DNA of 37,326 nucleotides from an uncultured Acidimicrobiaceae bacterium (GCA_964423455.1 CAYRFS010000003.1:1-37326), one strand, 5' to 3'. Positions 24,833 through 33,718 are shown, numbered from the stretch's first letter. Notes: generated by a model from the sequence alone, not told the origin. Program-made: numbers and translations.

Positions 24833-27800
24833 CGTGCGTTCCTTGCTGCCAGATAGAGTTCGACGAGCTCGCGGTCCACGGGGCGGTCGAACAGCTCGGC
24901 CATCACCTCGTCGGGGATCCCTAGCCCGGCCTCAGAGGTGGCATCGGTGTCGTCCAACGTGCTCATCTCGTCGCCCCCGAGCTCGTCCAGCCGGCTGGCG
25001 AACAGCTCGGCAAAATCCAGATCATCGACCCCGATCGTTTCCGGTTGCGCAGCGCGGTCGGCCTCGTGGCGTTGGATCCGGCTCAGTGTCGCCATAAGGG
25101 CGGGAGAAGGGGGTGGCGTCAGGAAGAACAGGTCGGTGTTCTCGAGCTGTTGCCACAGGGTGCGGGACCGTAGCCCCCACCGGTCGAGCACCGAGGCCGT
25201 CACCACATCGTTGCCCATGGTGAGCGGGCCGAGTCGGGCGATTCGTTCGCTCAGCTCGCTGGCCTCCGTCCGCATCGCCCGGAGTGACAGGTGGGCCGCC
25301 GAAGGCAGAATCGCCAAGCCGAGCTCGGTGAGCCGATGCGAGAGCAGCTGGGTGCCGTAGCGCGCTTCCTCCAACAGCGTCTCGGCGCGGGGAAGCCGGC
25401 CGAGCAGGTCCGACAAGCGCTCGGCGTGGCTGGCGACGGCGACAAGAAGCTCGTCCTGAACTGCTCTCCTCGGACTTGCTGCATCCATGAGCGGCCCGTT
25501 CGGGTCGTCGCCGGCCGGTGGAGCGACGGCGGATCGGTCGGCGCCGTTCGACTGGGGGGAACCTTCGAGATCGGGTCCGGCGGGTCGAAGGTCACATTCG
25601 ACGATGAGCGTCGAGGCGGGAACTCCAGTCGGTGCTAAGGGCTGGTCCGAAGATGGCTCAACCGCTGGTGAGGCAGGCGGCGACACGGCGGGCTCGACGG
25701 CCTCCATCCCCTCCAGCGACAGCTCAGGAAGCACCCGGGCGAGCCAGGCCGGCATCCACCAGTTTAGACGCCCCAGAAGCTCCATCGTCGCCGGGACCAG
25801 CAGCGTGCGCACGATCGTCACGTCGATGAGGATCGCGCTGGCCAGGCCGATGCCAAACAGCTTCATAAGGCGCTCGTCGCCGAAAGCGAACGACGCGAAC
25901 AGCGTGATCATGATCGCAGCCGCTGCCGTGATCACCCTAGCTGTCGCTGCGAGGCCGTCGGCCACGGCTTCACTGTTGTCGCCGGTCCGGTCGAACTCCT
26001 CTCGGATGCGCGACAGGAGGAATACCTCGTAGTCCATCGACAGGCCGAACAGGATGGCGAAAAGGAACAGAGGTACGAAGGGCTCGATCGGTCCGGTCCG
26101 GTCGAGCCCGATGAGCTCCAGACCCCATCCCCACTGGAAGACGGCCACGATGACGCCGTACGAAGCAGTCACCGACAGTAGGTTCATGATGCCTGCTTTC
26201 ACCGACACCACGACCGATCGGAACACCGCGGTCAGCAACAGGAAGGAGACGAGCAGAACGGCGACGATGAGGATAGGCAGCCGGGCAGCAAGGAGGTCGG
26301 CTAGGTCGGCGAACGTGGCGGTAATCCCGCCGACGAGCACGGTGGCGTCGCTTCCGGCGGTCGCCTGCGGAACGAGATCGTCCCGTAGGGTCTTCAGCAG
26401 CGCCTCGGTTTCGCGTTCTTGGGGTGAGAATTTGGGGACCACCTCGAACACAGCGGCTGTGCCATCGCCGTTGAACGTAAGCGGCGACACCGCAGCCACA
26501 CTCTCGAGTTGCCCGACGGTGAAGCGAAGATCGTCCAGCACATAGAGATCGCCCTTCGCCGCGGCCTCCCCAACCACGAGCAGCGGACCGTTGAAGCCGG
26601 GCCCGAACCCTTCGGCCAGCAAGTCGTAGGCCCGCCGCGTGGTGCGAGACTCGGGAAGGTTCCCGGCGTCGGCCGTTCCAAGTCGCATCGAGAATACGGG
26701 GATAGTGAGCACCACCAAGGCGAGAGCGCCGAGCACGGCCCAGCCCACCGGGTGACGCTGCACCCGGCGGCTCCAGCGAAACCATCGGCTCGCCGTGTGG
26801 TCGTGCTGCCGCCTGAGGTGGGGGAGCCGCATGCGATCCAGGTGTCGCCCGCCGAATCCGAGCAGAGCCGGCAGCAAGCTCAGGGCAGCCACCATTGTCA
26901 TCAGCACGGCCAACGCAGAGGCGATCGCCATGCCGGTGACGATCGTGACACCGACCAGCACCAGCCCTAGCAGGGCGATCACCACCGTGATACCAGCGAA
27001 TAGGACGGAGCGCCCTGCGGTGCGCATCGCCTCCATCACCGCCAGCTCGACATCGTGATGACGGTCGAAGGCCTGGCGGTAGCGGGTGACGATCAGAAGG
27101 GCGTAGTCGATGCCTACCCCCAGGGCGATCATGGTGGCGAGTTGGGGAGCGAATCTGGAGATGGTTAGGAACTGGCTCGTCAGCGTCACGAGCATCAGGC
27201 CGACGCCGACGCCGAACAGGGCGGTCACGAGGGGAACGCCGGCGGCGGCCACAGTCCCGAAAGTCACCAGCAGCACGACGAGCGCCACCAGAACTCCGAT
27301 CTGCTCACGCTCGCCTGGCCCTTCCCTTTCGGCGAACTCGACCACGCGGCCGCCGAGCTCGACCTGGAGGTTCTCGTTCGATGCGGAACGTGCCAGCCCA
27401 TTCAGCTCGTCGACTACCGTATGGGGCAGATCCTGGGCTCGGCCGTCGAAGTGCACGGTGGCGTAGGCAATCGTGCGATCGGTCGAAACTCGGGCTCCGG
27501 TCGGGTCGTCATAGGGGCTGACGACCAGGGCTACATGGTCCAACTGGGTGATCGCGGCGAACAGCGCCTCGGCCTCGGACCGGACCTGCGGATCGAACAC
27601 GGAGGTCCGCGTATGCAGTGGGACGACGGCGGTGTCGCCTGCGAATGCGGGGAACCGCTGCTCGAGGAGGTCAAAGGCCTCCTGTGACTCTGCGCCGGGA
27701 ACATCGAAGCTGTTGGAGAACTCATCGCCCACCGCGCTGGCCGCAGCGACGAAGCCGCACAAAGCAGCCACCCAGATCACGAGCACGACCCAACGGCGGC

Positions 27801-27834
27801 GAACGCCGACCCGTGCCAGCGTGGACAGCATCAC
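24829..27834 (-). CDS. MMPL-family (RND superfamily) transporter with about 300-aa C-terminal extension
   Basis: The N-terminus VRRRWVVLVIWVAALCGF...FSNSFDVPGAESQEAFDLLEQRFP and two 6-TM bundles typical of MmpL. After ...LGRLNWWMPAWLARVLP comes a Pro-rich linker, then helical and acidic segments. The start overlaps the upstream stop. Confidence 0.9.
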   Translation of the reverse strand: MMLSTLARVGVRRRWVVLVIWVAALCGFVAAASAVGDEFSNSFDVPGAESQEAFDLLEQRFPAFAGDTAVVPLHTRTSVFDPQVRSEAEALFAAITQLDHVALVVSPYDDPTGARVSTDRTIAYATVHFDGRAQDLPHTVVDELNGLARSASNENLQVELGGRVVEFAEREGPGEREQIGVLVALVVLLVTFGTVAAAGVPLVTALFGVGVGLMLVTLTSQFLTISRFAPQLATMIALGVGIDYALLIVTRYRQAFDRHHDVELAVMEAMRTAGRSVLFAGITVVIALLGLVLVGVTIVTGMAIASALAVLMTMVAALSLLPALLGFGGRHLDRMRLPHLRRQHDHTASRWFRWSRRVQRHPVGWAVLGALALVVLTIPVFSMRLGTADAGNLPESRTTRRAYDLLAEGFGPGFNGPLLVVGEAAAKGDLYVLDDLRFTVGQLESVAAVSPLTFNGDGTAAVFEVVPKFSPQERETEALLKTLRDDLVPQATAGSDATVLVGGITATFADLADLLAARLPILIVAVLLVSFLLLTAVFRSVVVSVKAGIMNLLSVTASYGVIVAVFQWGWGLELIGLDRTGPIEPFVPLFLFAILFGLSMDYEVFLLSRIREEFDRTGDNSEAVADGLAATARVITAAAAIMITLFASFAFGDERLMKLFGIGLASAILIDVTIVRTLLVPATMELLGRLNWWMPAWLARVLPELSLEGMEAVEPAVSPPASPAVEPSSDQPLAPTGVPASTLIVECDLRPAGPDLEGSPQSNGADRSAVAPPAGDDPNGPLMDAASPRRAVQDELLVAVASHAERLSDLLGRLPRAETLLEEARYGTQLLSHRLTELGLAILPSAAHLSLRAMRTEASELSERIARLGPLTMGNDVVTASVLDRWGLRSRTLWQQLENTDLFFLTPPPSPALMATLSRIQRHEADRAAQPETIGVDDLDFAELFASRLDELGGDEMSTLDDTDATSEAGLGIPDEVMAELFDRPVDRELVELYLAARNAR

Positions 27835-28778
27835 CGGCTCCTCGTCGTGCTGATGGTCGTCGCAGTCGCAGTATCGGGCAGTGCGGCCACGAACGCCGGG
27901 ATCTCTGCAGGGACGAGCCCGATAGCGGTCAACAGGTCTAGCGCCTGGCGGACAGCCTCATCACGGCGGTCGTCGAGCAGCTGCTGGAGGCCAGGCTGGG
28001 CGGCGTCGAGAGAGCCGACCAGACACTGATCTGCCAGATCCCGAACGCGCGAAGCGACGGTCTCGCCGCCGAGGTCACTGCCGACCGCAAGCTGGCGGAG
28101 ATCGCCGCAAAAGAGCTTCCCTTGGAGAAAGTCGCCGTCGGACCAGGCCTTCAACACCCCGGTGAGAAGGTCGTCCAAGCCGGATCCCGTCGAGCTGAGG
28201 TCGACCGGCGGTGCCTGGGAGATCGACTGGAACAACTCGGTATTAGCCAGGTCGGGACAACGCTCGGCCAATGCCCCTCGGTACGTCGCCGCTCCCGAGG
28301 CCACCTGCCACGCCGTAAGTCCAGACCGTTCAATTGCCTCAGTGACGGCAACTGCGGCGTCGGTCCTGACCTGGCCTCGCCAGTCCGACAACGGCACCTC
28401 GCTTGTCCAAAGGGAGCCCGACTCAAGAGCTGATGCCAGCCATCCATAGTAGGCGACATGGGCCACGCGATGGGCCTCGCTCCCGTCGGCCAGCGCCGGC
28501 GGCGCAAGCTCCACCGTCTTGTCGAGACCGGTCAGCCAGCCTCGCAGCGCATTGGCGTAGTCGCTTCGGTCTGCCTCGGGCAACGCTGCGAGGTCCTGAA
28601 GCTGGAGTACACGACCCCGCTCCACCGCCTCGTTCGCCGCACAGAAGCTCGCCTTGGCCTCTGCCGCAGTTGCCTCGTCGGTCGCCGCCGGGCCTGCTAC
28701 AGCGTCGTTTGATCCACACGCCGAGCAGAGCAGTAGCGTCGCAAGCGCTGGTCCGCCGATCCGAGACAGTCGTCTCAT
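27831..28778 (-). CDS. Putative secreted protein/lipoprotein (first gene of transporter block)
   Basis: ATG at 28778 with GAGAGGGGA SD. MRRLSRIGGPALATLLLCSACGSND is a signal peptide with a lipobox-like LCSAC. Otherwise helical; no family recognised. Confidence 0.65.
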   Translation of the reverse strand: MRRLSRIGGPALATLLLCSACGSNDAVAGPAATDEATAAEAKASFCAANEAVERGRVLQLQDLAALPEADRSDYANALRGWLTGLDKTVELAPPALADGSEAHRVAHVAYYGWLASALESGSLWTSEVPLSDWRGQVRTDAAVAVTEAIERSGLTAWQVASGAATYRGALAERCPDLANTELFQSISQAPPVDLSSTGSGLDDLLTGVLKAWSDGDFLQGKLFCGDLRQLAVGSDLGGETVASRVRDLADQCLVGSLDAAQPGLQQLLDDRRDEAVRQALDLLTAIGLVPAEIPAFVAALPDTATATTISTTRSR

Positions 28779-28803
28779 CGAATCCCCTCTCATCGCGCAC
28801 AGT

Positions 28804-28830
28804 TTGGACATTGGTCCAATCCATGTCCAA
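28804..28830. promoter_or_regulatory. Candidate TetR operator in the divergent intergenic region
   Basis: TTGGACAT (28804-28811) and ATGTCCAA (28823-28830) are perfect inverted repeats. There is also an inner TTGGACattgGTCCAA palindrome (28804-28819). The site lies in the 44-bp gap between divergent starts and overlaps the proposed TetR ATG. Confidence 0.55.
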
Positions 28831-29443
28831 TCGACTACCTTGTACCGAGGTGACCGCGCGCCACGTTGCTTCAACCCCGCTCCCGACCGAGATCGCTGCC
28901 GCCCTCGAGGAGATTGCGGACCAGTGGGCAGCGCACGGGGCAGACCCGCGGATCAGCGACATCGCGGCCATGACCGGCATCCCCCGCTCGACGCTCTACT
29001 ACCACTTCTCCGGTCGCAAGGATCTGCTGGCCTATCTGGCGACGACGGTCATCGCCTCGTCGCGCGACATTGTCCTCGTTGCATCAACAGGGCCTGGTAG
29101 TGAGGTGGAGAAGCTCGGACGGGTTCTGGAAGCGCAGGTCAGGTTCTTCGCCGGTCGGCCGCACCTGGCCGTCACGCTTTTCACCAACCTCGGTAGTGCG
29201 GGCGACCTCCGGTCGCTGGCCGAACGTATGAACGCGGCCTTCCACCGGCCCGTAGAGCGCCTGCTGGTCGCGGGGCGTCGAGCGGGCCACTTTCGCCACG
29301 TCGTGAGCCCCGAGACAACGGCCTCGGCTCTCTTCGGGGCTGTGGCCATGACAGCCATCCACTATCTGGTGGTGGACGGGCACCTCGACGCCGAGCGGCT
29401 CATCCCGGAGCTCGTGCCGAACCTCTTGCGCGGGCTCGGCTGA
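28823..29443 (+). CDS. TetR/AcrR-family transcriptional regulator
   Basis: ISDIAAMTGIPRSTLYYHFSGRKDLL is the TetR HTH. Start chosen at ATG 28823 (alternative GTG 28850). The long upstream part of track ORF 28403..29443 is antisense to the lipoprotein gene. Confidence 0.85.
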   Translation: MSNRLPCTEVTARHVASTPLPTEIAAALEEIADQWAAHGADPRISDIAAMTGIPRSTLYYHFSGRKDLLAYLATTVIASSRDIVLVASTGPGSEVEKLGRVLEAQVRFFAGRPHLAVTLFTNLGSAGDLRSLAERMNAAFHRPVERLLVAGRRAGHFRHVVSPETTASALFGAVAMTAIHYLVVDGHLDAERLIPELVPNLLRGLG

Positions 29444-29493
29444 CGACTCGAACTTGTCGACTTCTGCTACATGTTGCCTAGACTGTCTTGTCG

Positions 29494-31074
29494 ATGACCG
29501 ACGCGATCTCACCCATGGCCCGATCGGGCGAGCCGTTCTCCCTGGTGGGGTCCGGTGGCCTGACCATCGTCGGAGAGCAATGGGGGGATCGGTCGGGCCC
29601 GCCGGTCCTCCTGCTCCATGGTGGCGGGCAGAACCGGCACGCCTGGAAGGGCAGCGCTGCCACCCTTGCCGCCGCCGGCTATTTTGTGGTTGCACTAGAC
29701 GCCAGGGGCCACGGCGACAGCGGCTGGTCCGACGATGGTCACTATGAGATGGAGCATCTGGCGGGCGACCTCATGGCGGTTCTTGGCTCGCTCGAGCGGC
29801 CCCCGGCCGTCGTCGGGGCGTCGATGGGGGGGATGACAGCGATCACGGCCCAGGGCATGGCCGACTTCCAGCTGTTCTCGGCCGTGGTCTTGGTCGACGT
29901 CACACCCCGCATGGAGTTGTCCGGTGTGACCCGGATCCTCGGCTTCATGACGGCCCATCCGGACGGGTTCGACTCACTCGAGCAGGCGGCCGAGGTCATC
30001 GCGGCCTACAACCCCCATCGCGAACGGTCGGGGTCTCCGGCCGGGCTGGGCAAGGTGCTCCAGGAGCGTGGTGGGCGTTGGCACTGGCGTTGGGATCCCC
30101 GCTTCATCACGAGCAAGGTCGAGATGATGAGCGGCGATCCGGTTGCGGTGGAGCAACGGATGAACACCATGGCGGCTCAGATGCACGAAGCAGCCAAGCG
30201 TGTTCAGGTGCCGACGCTGCTCGTGCGGGGTGCGCAGTCTGATCTCGTGAGCGCCGAGTCGGTGCAGGAGTTCCTCGCCGTCGTACCCCACGCCAGCTAT
30301 GTCGACGTGAGCGGCACTGGCCATATGGTGGCGGGCGACGACAACGACGCCTTCACTACCGCCGTGCTCGAGTTCCTCCGCGAGCACGTGCCAAGCGACG
30401 CAGAAGAAACTCGGCTGGTCGCCGCACGCCGAGCAGCTGCCGACGCGGTGCGCCGTTTCGGCCACGCGTTGGTGAATCACGACGCTCCGGTGGACCTGTT
30501 GGAGGCCATCGCCCGCAACCTCAGCGCGGCCGCCGTCGAGGTCGAGCAAGGTCCGGTCCGGGACCGGCTCGCCTCCATGATGGCCTCGGAACGTACCCGC
30601 GCCCTGCTTTCGGGAGATGAGCCCACGCCTCCGGTTAACGGCGCGGCACTCGACTTCGCCCCCTATGGTCTCATCGGGGGACCCGCCAACCCTCTTGGTG
30701 TCGACGCCACCTATCACCGGGACGGGCCCGACGTCGTAGCCACTCTCACCTTAGGGGCGGCGTTCGAGGGACCGCCTGGCCGAGCACACGGTGGCGTGGT
30801 CTCGGCGGTCATAGACGAGACTATGACTGCACTGCTTACGACGCTGGGTACGGCTGCGTTCACCCGCTCCCTCCAGGTCGACTATGTGGGCCCAGCCCCT
30901 CTCCACACACCACTCCATTTTCGGGCTCGCTTGTGTGAGCGTGACGACCGAGCGTTGGTCCTTGGTTGTGAGGGCCGGGCGGGTGATCGGTTGTTCGTCC
31001 AGGCGACTGGCACATTTGTCGAGGTCGACCTACGCCGTCTCATCGCCGAGATGGGCCGTATGGTCGGGGACTGA
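29494..31074 (+). CDS. Fusion protein: alpha/beta-hydrolase domain plus C-terminal PaaI/4HBT-type hotdog thioesterase domain
   Basis: VLLLHGGGQNRHAW, nucleophile elbow VVGASMGGM, GTGHMV in the N-domain. GRAHGGVVSAVIDETMTALL hotdog motif in the C-domain. ATG at 29494 (track TTG 29488). Confidence 0.8.
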   Translation: MTDAISPMARSGEPFSLVGSGGLTIVGEQWGDRSGPPVLLLHGGGQNRHAWKGSAATLAAAGYFVVALDARGHGDSGWSDDGHYEMEHLAGDLMAVLGSLERPPAVVGASMGGMTAITAQGMADFQLFSAVVLVDVTPRMELSGVTRILGFMTAHPDGFDSLEQAAEVIAAYNPHRERSGSPAGLGKVLQERGGRWHWRWDPRFITSKVEMMSGDPVAVEQRMNTMAAQMHEAAKRVQVPTLLVRGAQSDLVSAESVQEFLAVVPHASYVDVSGTGHMVAGDDNDAFTTAVLEFLREHVPSDAEETRLVAARRAAADAVRRFGHALVNHDAPVDLLEAIARNLSAAAVEVEQGPVRDRLASMMASERTRALLSGDEPTPPVNGAALDFAPYGLIGGPANPLGVDATYHRDGPDVVATLTLGAAFEGPPGRAHGGVVSAVIDETMTALLTTLGTAAFTRSLQVDYVGPAPLHTPLHFRARLCERDDRALVLGCEGRAGDRLFVQATGTFVEVDLRRLIAEMGRMVGD

Positions 31075-31107
31075 GGGGCACACCCTCTCGGTGGCTCCTC
31101 AGTCCCC
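31066..31107. terminator. Strong hairpin between convergent genes (bidirectional terminator candidate)
   Basis: GGGGACTGAGG (31066-31076) pairs perfectly with CCTCAGTCCCC (31097-31107), giving a 20-nt loop with an inner CACC/GGTG pairing. The 5' arm overlaps the stop codon of 29494..31074. No U-tract. Confidence 0.5.
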
Positions 31108-31139
31108 GCTGCACTCGTTATGTCGCGACCGCGCCCTGA

Positions 31140-32285
31140 TCAGACAGCCGACTCCACCATGACGTCACCGCCGACGGGCAGCGTGGAAACGTCGATTCCG
31201 TACAGATCCGCGACGTTGTCACACAATATGGCTCGCCGCTGTTCGGGGTTCAGTTGCGACGCATGCTCGTCCAGCAGCTGTTGGCTCCAGGGCCACGTGG
31301 AATCAGAGTGGGGAAAATCGTTGGCCCATAGCAGGCGGCGCCAGTTCATCTGATCGGCGTTCTGGAAGGCGATCCAATCGTCCTGGAACGTCATGTAGAT
31401 ATGCTCCCGGAAGTAGTCGGACGGCATCGTCTGGATGTTGGCCGTCAGCCACGCCCGGTGCCGGTTGAACGCATGATCCATGCGGTACATGAAGTGCGGA
31501 GCCCATCCGGCGTCGGCCTCCACGCACACAACGCGTAGATCGGGGTGCCGATCGAAAACACCACCGAGCACGAGCATAGCTATGATGTCCTGGCAGCCAC
31601 GGATGATTGCCAGGAAACCAGCCATCTTCGGGCCACGTTGCGGGCCGAGCTGATCGGCGGCGCTCGTGAGGATGTGGAACGACGGGACCATCTCCAAATC
31701 GACGCACGCGCGCCAGAAGTCGTCGTAGACCGGAGAGTCGTAGTCCTCCACCGCTGGGTTGCCGGGCATCATCACACCTCGGATGCCCTGACCCTTCATC
31801 TCCTCCAGATCGGCGATGCCCTCGCTCGGTGAGCGCATCGCGGTCTGCCCGAGAGCGAGTAGCCGGTTCGGGTCGGCGGAGCAGTAGTCGACGATCCATC
31901 GGTTGTAGGCCCGCATCGCGGCTCGCTTGTAGTCGAAGTCGGGGTGGTTGCACAACACCATGCCAACCGACGGGTAGATGATCTCGCAGCTGATCCCATC
32001 GCGGCGCTGGTCGGCCAGACGGTACGACGAGTCGTAGCCGCTCCGATGGAGCTCGTCGTAGCGGGCCCGCGTGTTCAGCTGGTCCGGTGGCTGCCCGGCT
32101 GCGGCCACCAGACCCATGGGGATGGTCCGCTTCATGCCATCGATGACGAACACATCACCGCGGTCCTCCGTGGATGCCACCCGGGGGGCGACCTCTCGGT
32201 AGGCCGGGTCGATGTAGTCGGTGTAGGTGTTCGGAGCTTCGGTGATGTGGGAATCAGCCGAGATGATTGGGTGGTCGACGCGCAC
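31140..32285 (-). CDS. Amidohydrolase-2 family protein (ACMSD/LigW-like metal-dependent hydrolase/decarboxylase superfamily)
   Basis: GTG at 32285 preceded by GAGGGGGA. The N-terminus VRVDHPIISADSHITEAPNTYTDYIDPAYREVAPRV is typical of this family. The rest of track ORF 31140..33245 is antisense to the acyl-CoA dehydrogenase gene. Confidence 0.8.
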   Translation of the reverse strand: MRVDHPIISADSHITEAPNTYTDYIDPAYREVAPRVASTEDRGDVFVIDGMKRTIPMGLVAAAGQPPDQLNTRARYDELHRSGYDSSYRLADQRRDGISCEIIYPSVGMVLCNHPDFDYKRAAMRAYNRWIVDYCSADPNRLLALGQTAMRSPSEGIADLEEMKGQGIRGVMMPGNPAVEDYDSPVYDDFWRACVDLEMVPSFHILTSAADQLGPQRGPKMAGFLAIIRGCQDIIAMLVLGGVFDRHPDLRVVCVEADAGWAPHFMYRMDHAFNRHRAWLTANIQTMPSDYFREHIYMTFQDDWIAFQNADQMNWRRLLWANDFPHSDSTWPWSQQLLDEHASQLNPEQRRAILCDNVADLYGIDVSTLPVGGDVMVESAV

Positions 32286-32324
32286 AGGTCCCCCTCGTGG
32301 TGATGGCGCTTGCGAGTGACCAAT

Positions 32325-32348
32325 GATACACGCGGGGTTAAATGTATC
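32325..32348. promoter_or_regulatory. Inverted repeat in divergent amidohydrolase/ACAD intergenic region
   Basis: GATACA (32325-32330) and TGTATC (32343-32348), separated by 12 nt, in a locally AT-richer 111-bp divergent promoter region. Confidence 0.35.
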
Positions 32349-32396
32349 GCCAGCTCGCTGGTGGCTCACTAGCTCGGTTCGCACTACGATCCCAAC

Positions 32397-33683
32397 ATGA
32401 TGCCCGCTCGTGAGATGCCGGCCCCGAACCGTCTTGCCGATGTTGCCCGCGAGGCCAGGAGCTGGTTCGAGGAGCACTGGGACCAGTCGCTGACCCTCGG
32501 CCAGTGGTGGCGGGCCCTGGCGGAGTCGGGCTGGGGCTTCCCGCTCTGGCCTGAGGGACGCTTCGGTCGGTCGTTGTCGATCGAAGAGGCCGAACGGGTC
32601 CACGTCGAGCGCCGGCGGATCGGGGCGCTCGGTCCGCCGACCGGCATTGCCACGATGCTCGCCGGGCCCACGTTGCTCACCCACGGCACGGACCGGCAGA
32701 TCGATCGCTATTTGCCTGGAATCGTAAGCGGCGAGCACATCTGGTGCCAGCTCTTCTCTGAGCCCAGTTCCGGTTCCGATCTCGCGTCGCTTAGGACCCG
32801 GGCCGAGCTCGATGGTGACCAGTGGGTCATAAACGGGCAGAAGGTGTGGACCTCGGGCGCCCACAAGGCGAGCTACGGCATCCTCATCGCCCGGACGGAT
32901 CCGGATGTCCCCAAGCACCGAGGCATCAGCTACTTCCTGATCGACATGCACCAGCCCGGCGTCGAGGTTCGGCCACTGCGGGAGATGACAGGCCGCGCCG
33001 TGTTCAACGAGGTGTTCCTCACCGACGCCGTCGTGCCGGCTTCCGACATGCTGGGCGGCCTGAACGATGGGTGGAGCGTTGCGAACACCACACTCGCCAA
33101 TGAGCGCAGCGGCCTGGGTGACACTGCGTCGAGGGGCGGGGGTCGACTCGAGATTACAGACAATGATCTGTCGATGCCGATCGCCGACATCTTGTCCGCT
33201 GTGGAGCAGCGGCTCGACGCCGACCGGATGCCCCGGGGCCACCACCTCCTCAACAGGATGGCCCGCGAGCTGGGTCGGAGCATCGATCCGGTTGTCCGGG
33301 GTCGAGTAGCGGCCGAGAACGTCACCGGTGAGGTGAGCCGGCTGTCGGGGCTACGGATCCAGTCCATGGCCTCCGACGCCCGGCGGAGGGGTGAGAAAGC
33401 TCCGCCCTCGCCGCTGGTGTCAGTCCAGAAAATGGCGGCGTCCAAAGGGCTTCATTCGTTGGGGCGAACCCTCCTTGCGGTCGAAGGCGCCCACGGGATG
33501 CTCGCCGCATCCGATGCCCTCTTCGACGATCGGGCAATGGAGACGATAGCCACCGCCTACATGATCTCGATCGGGGGTGGCACCGACCAGATCCAGCGCA
33601 ACATCGTCGGGGAGCGGGTGCTGGGGCTGCCGGGCGAGCCGAGAACCGATAGGGACGTCCCCTTTAAGGATCTCCCCAGATGA
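32397..33683 (+). CDS. Acyl-CoA dehydrogenase family protein (FadE-like)
   Basis: WCQLFSEPSSGSDLASLRTRAELDGDQWVINGQKVWTSGAH...YGILIARTDPDVPKHRGISYFLIDM matches the ACAD middle/N-domain signature. Confidence 0.88.
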   Translation: MMPAREMPAPNRLADVAREARSWFEEHWDQSLTLGQWWRALAESGWGFPLWPEGRFGRSLSIEEAERVHVERRRIGALGPPTGIATMLAGPTLLTHGTDRQIDRYLPGIVSGEHIWCQLFSEPSSGSDLASLRTRAELDGDQWVINGQKVWTSGAHKASYGILIARTDPDVPKHRGISYFLIDMHQPGVEVRPLREMTGRAVFNEVFLTDAVVPASDMLGGLNDGWSVANTTLANERSGLGDTASRGGGRLEITDNDLSMPIADILSAVEQRLDADRMPRGHHLLNRMARELGRSIDPVVRGRVAAENVTGEVSRLSGLRIQSMASDARRRGEKAPPSPLVSVQKMAASKGLHSLGRTLLAVEGAHGMLAASDALFDDRAMETIATAYMISIGGGTDQIQRNIVGERVLGLPGEPRTDRDVPFKDLPR

Positions 33684-33718
33684 AACACACGTAACCAGTA
33701 TCAAGTCGAGGAGTGACA

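Noticed and set aside
28403-28822. Long N-terminal extension of the TetR ORF
   Set aside because: It overlaps the lipoprotein gene in antisense, and TetR homology starts only after about 28850. The same logic applies to the extensions 5466..5705 (PadR), 18311..18436 (oxygenase beta) and 34638..34871 (PaaI thioesterase).
32286-33245. N-terminal 320 aa of the 701-aa track ORF 31140..33245 (minus strand)
   Set aside because: It is antisense to the well-supported acyl-CoA dehydrogenase gene. The amidohydrolase homology begins at VRVDHPIISADSH, with a strong SD at 32285.
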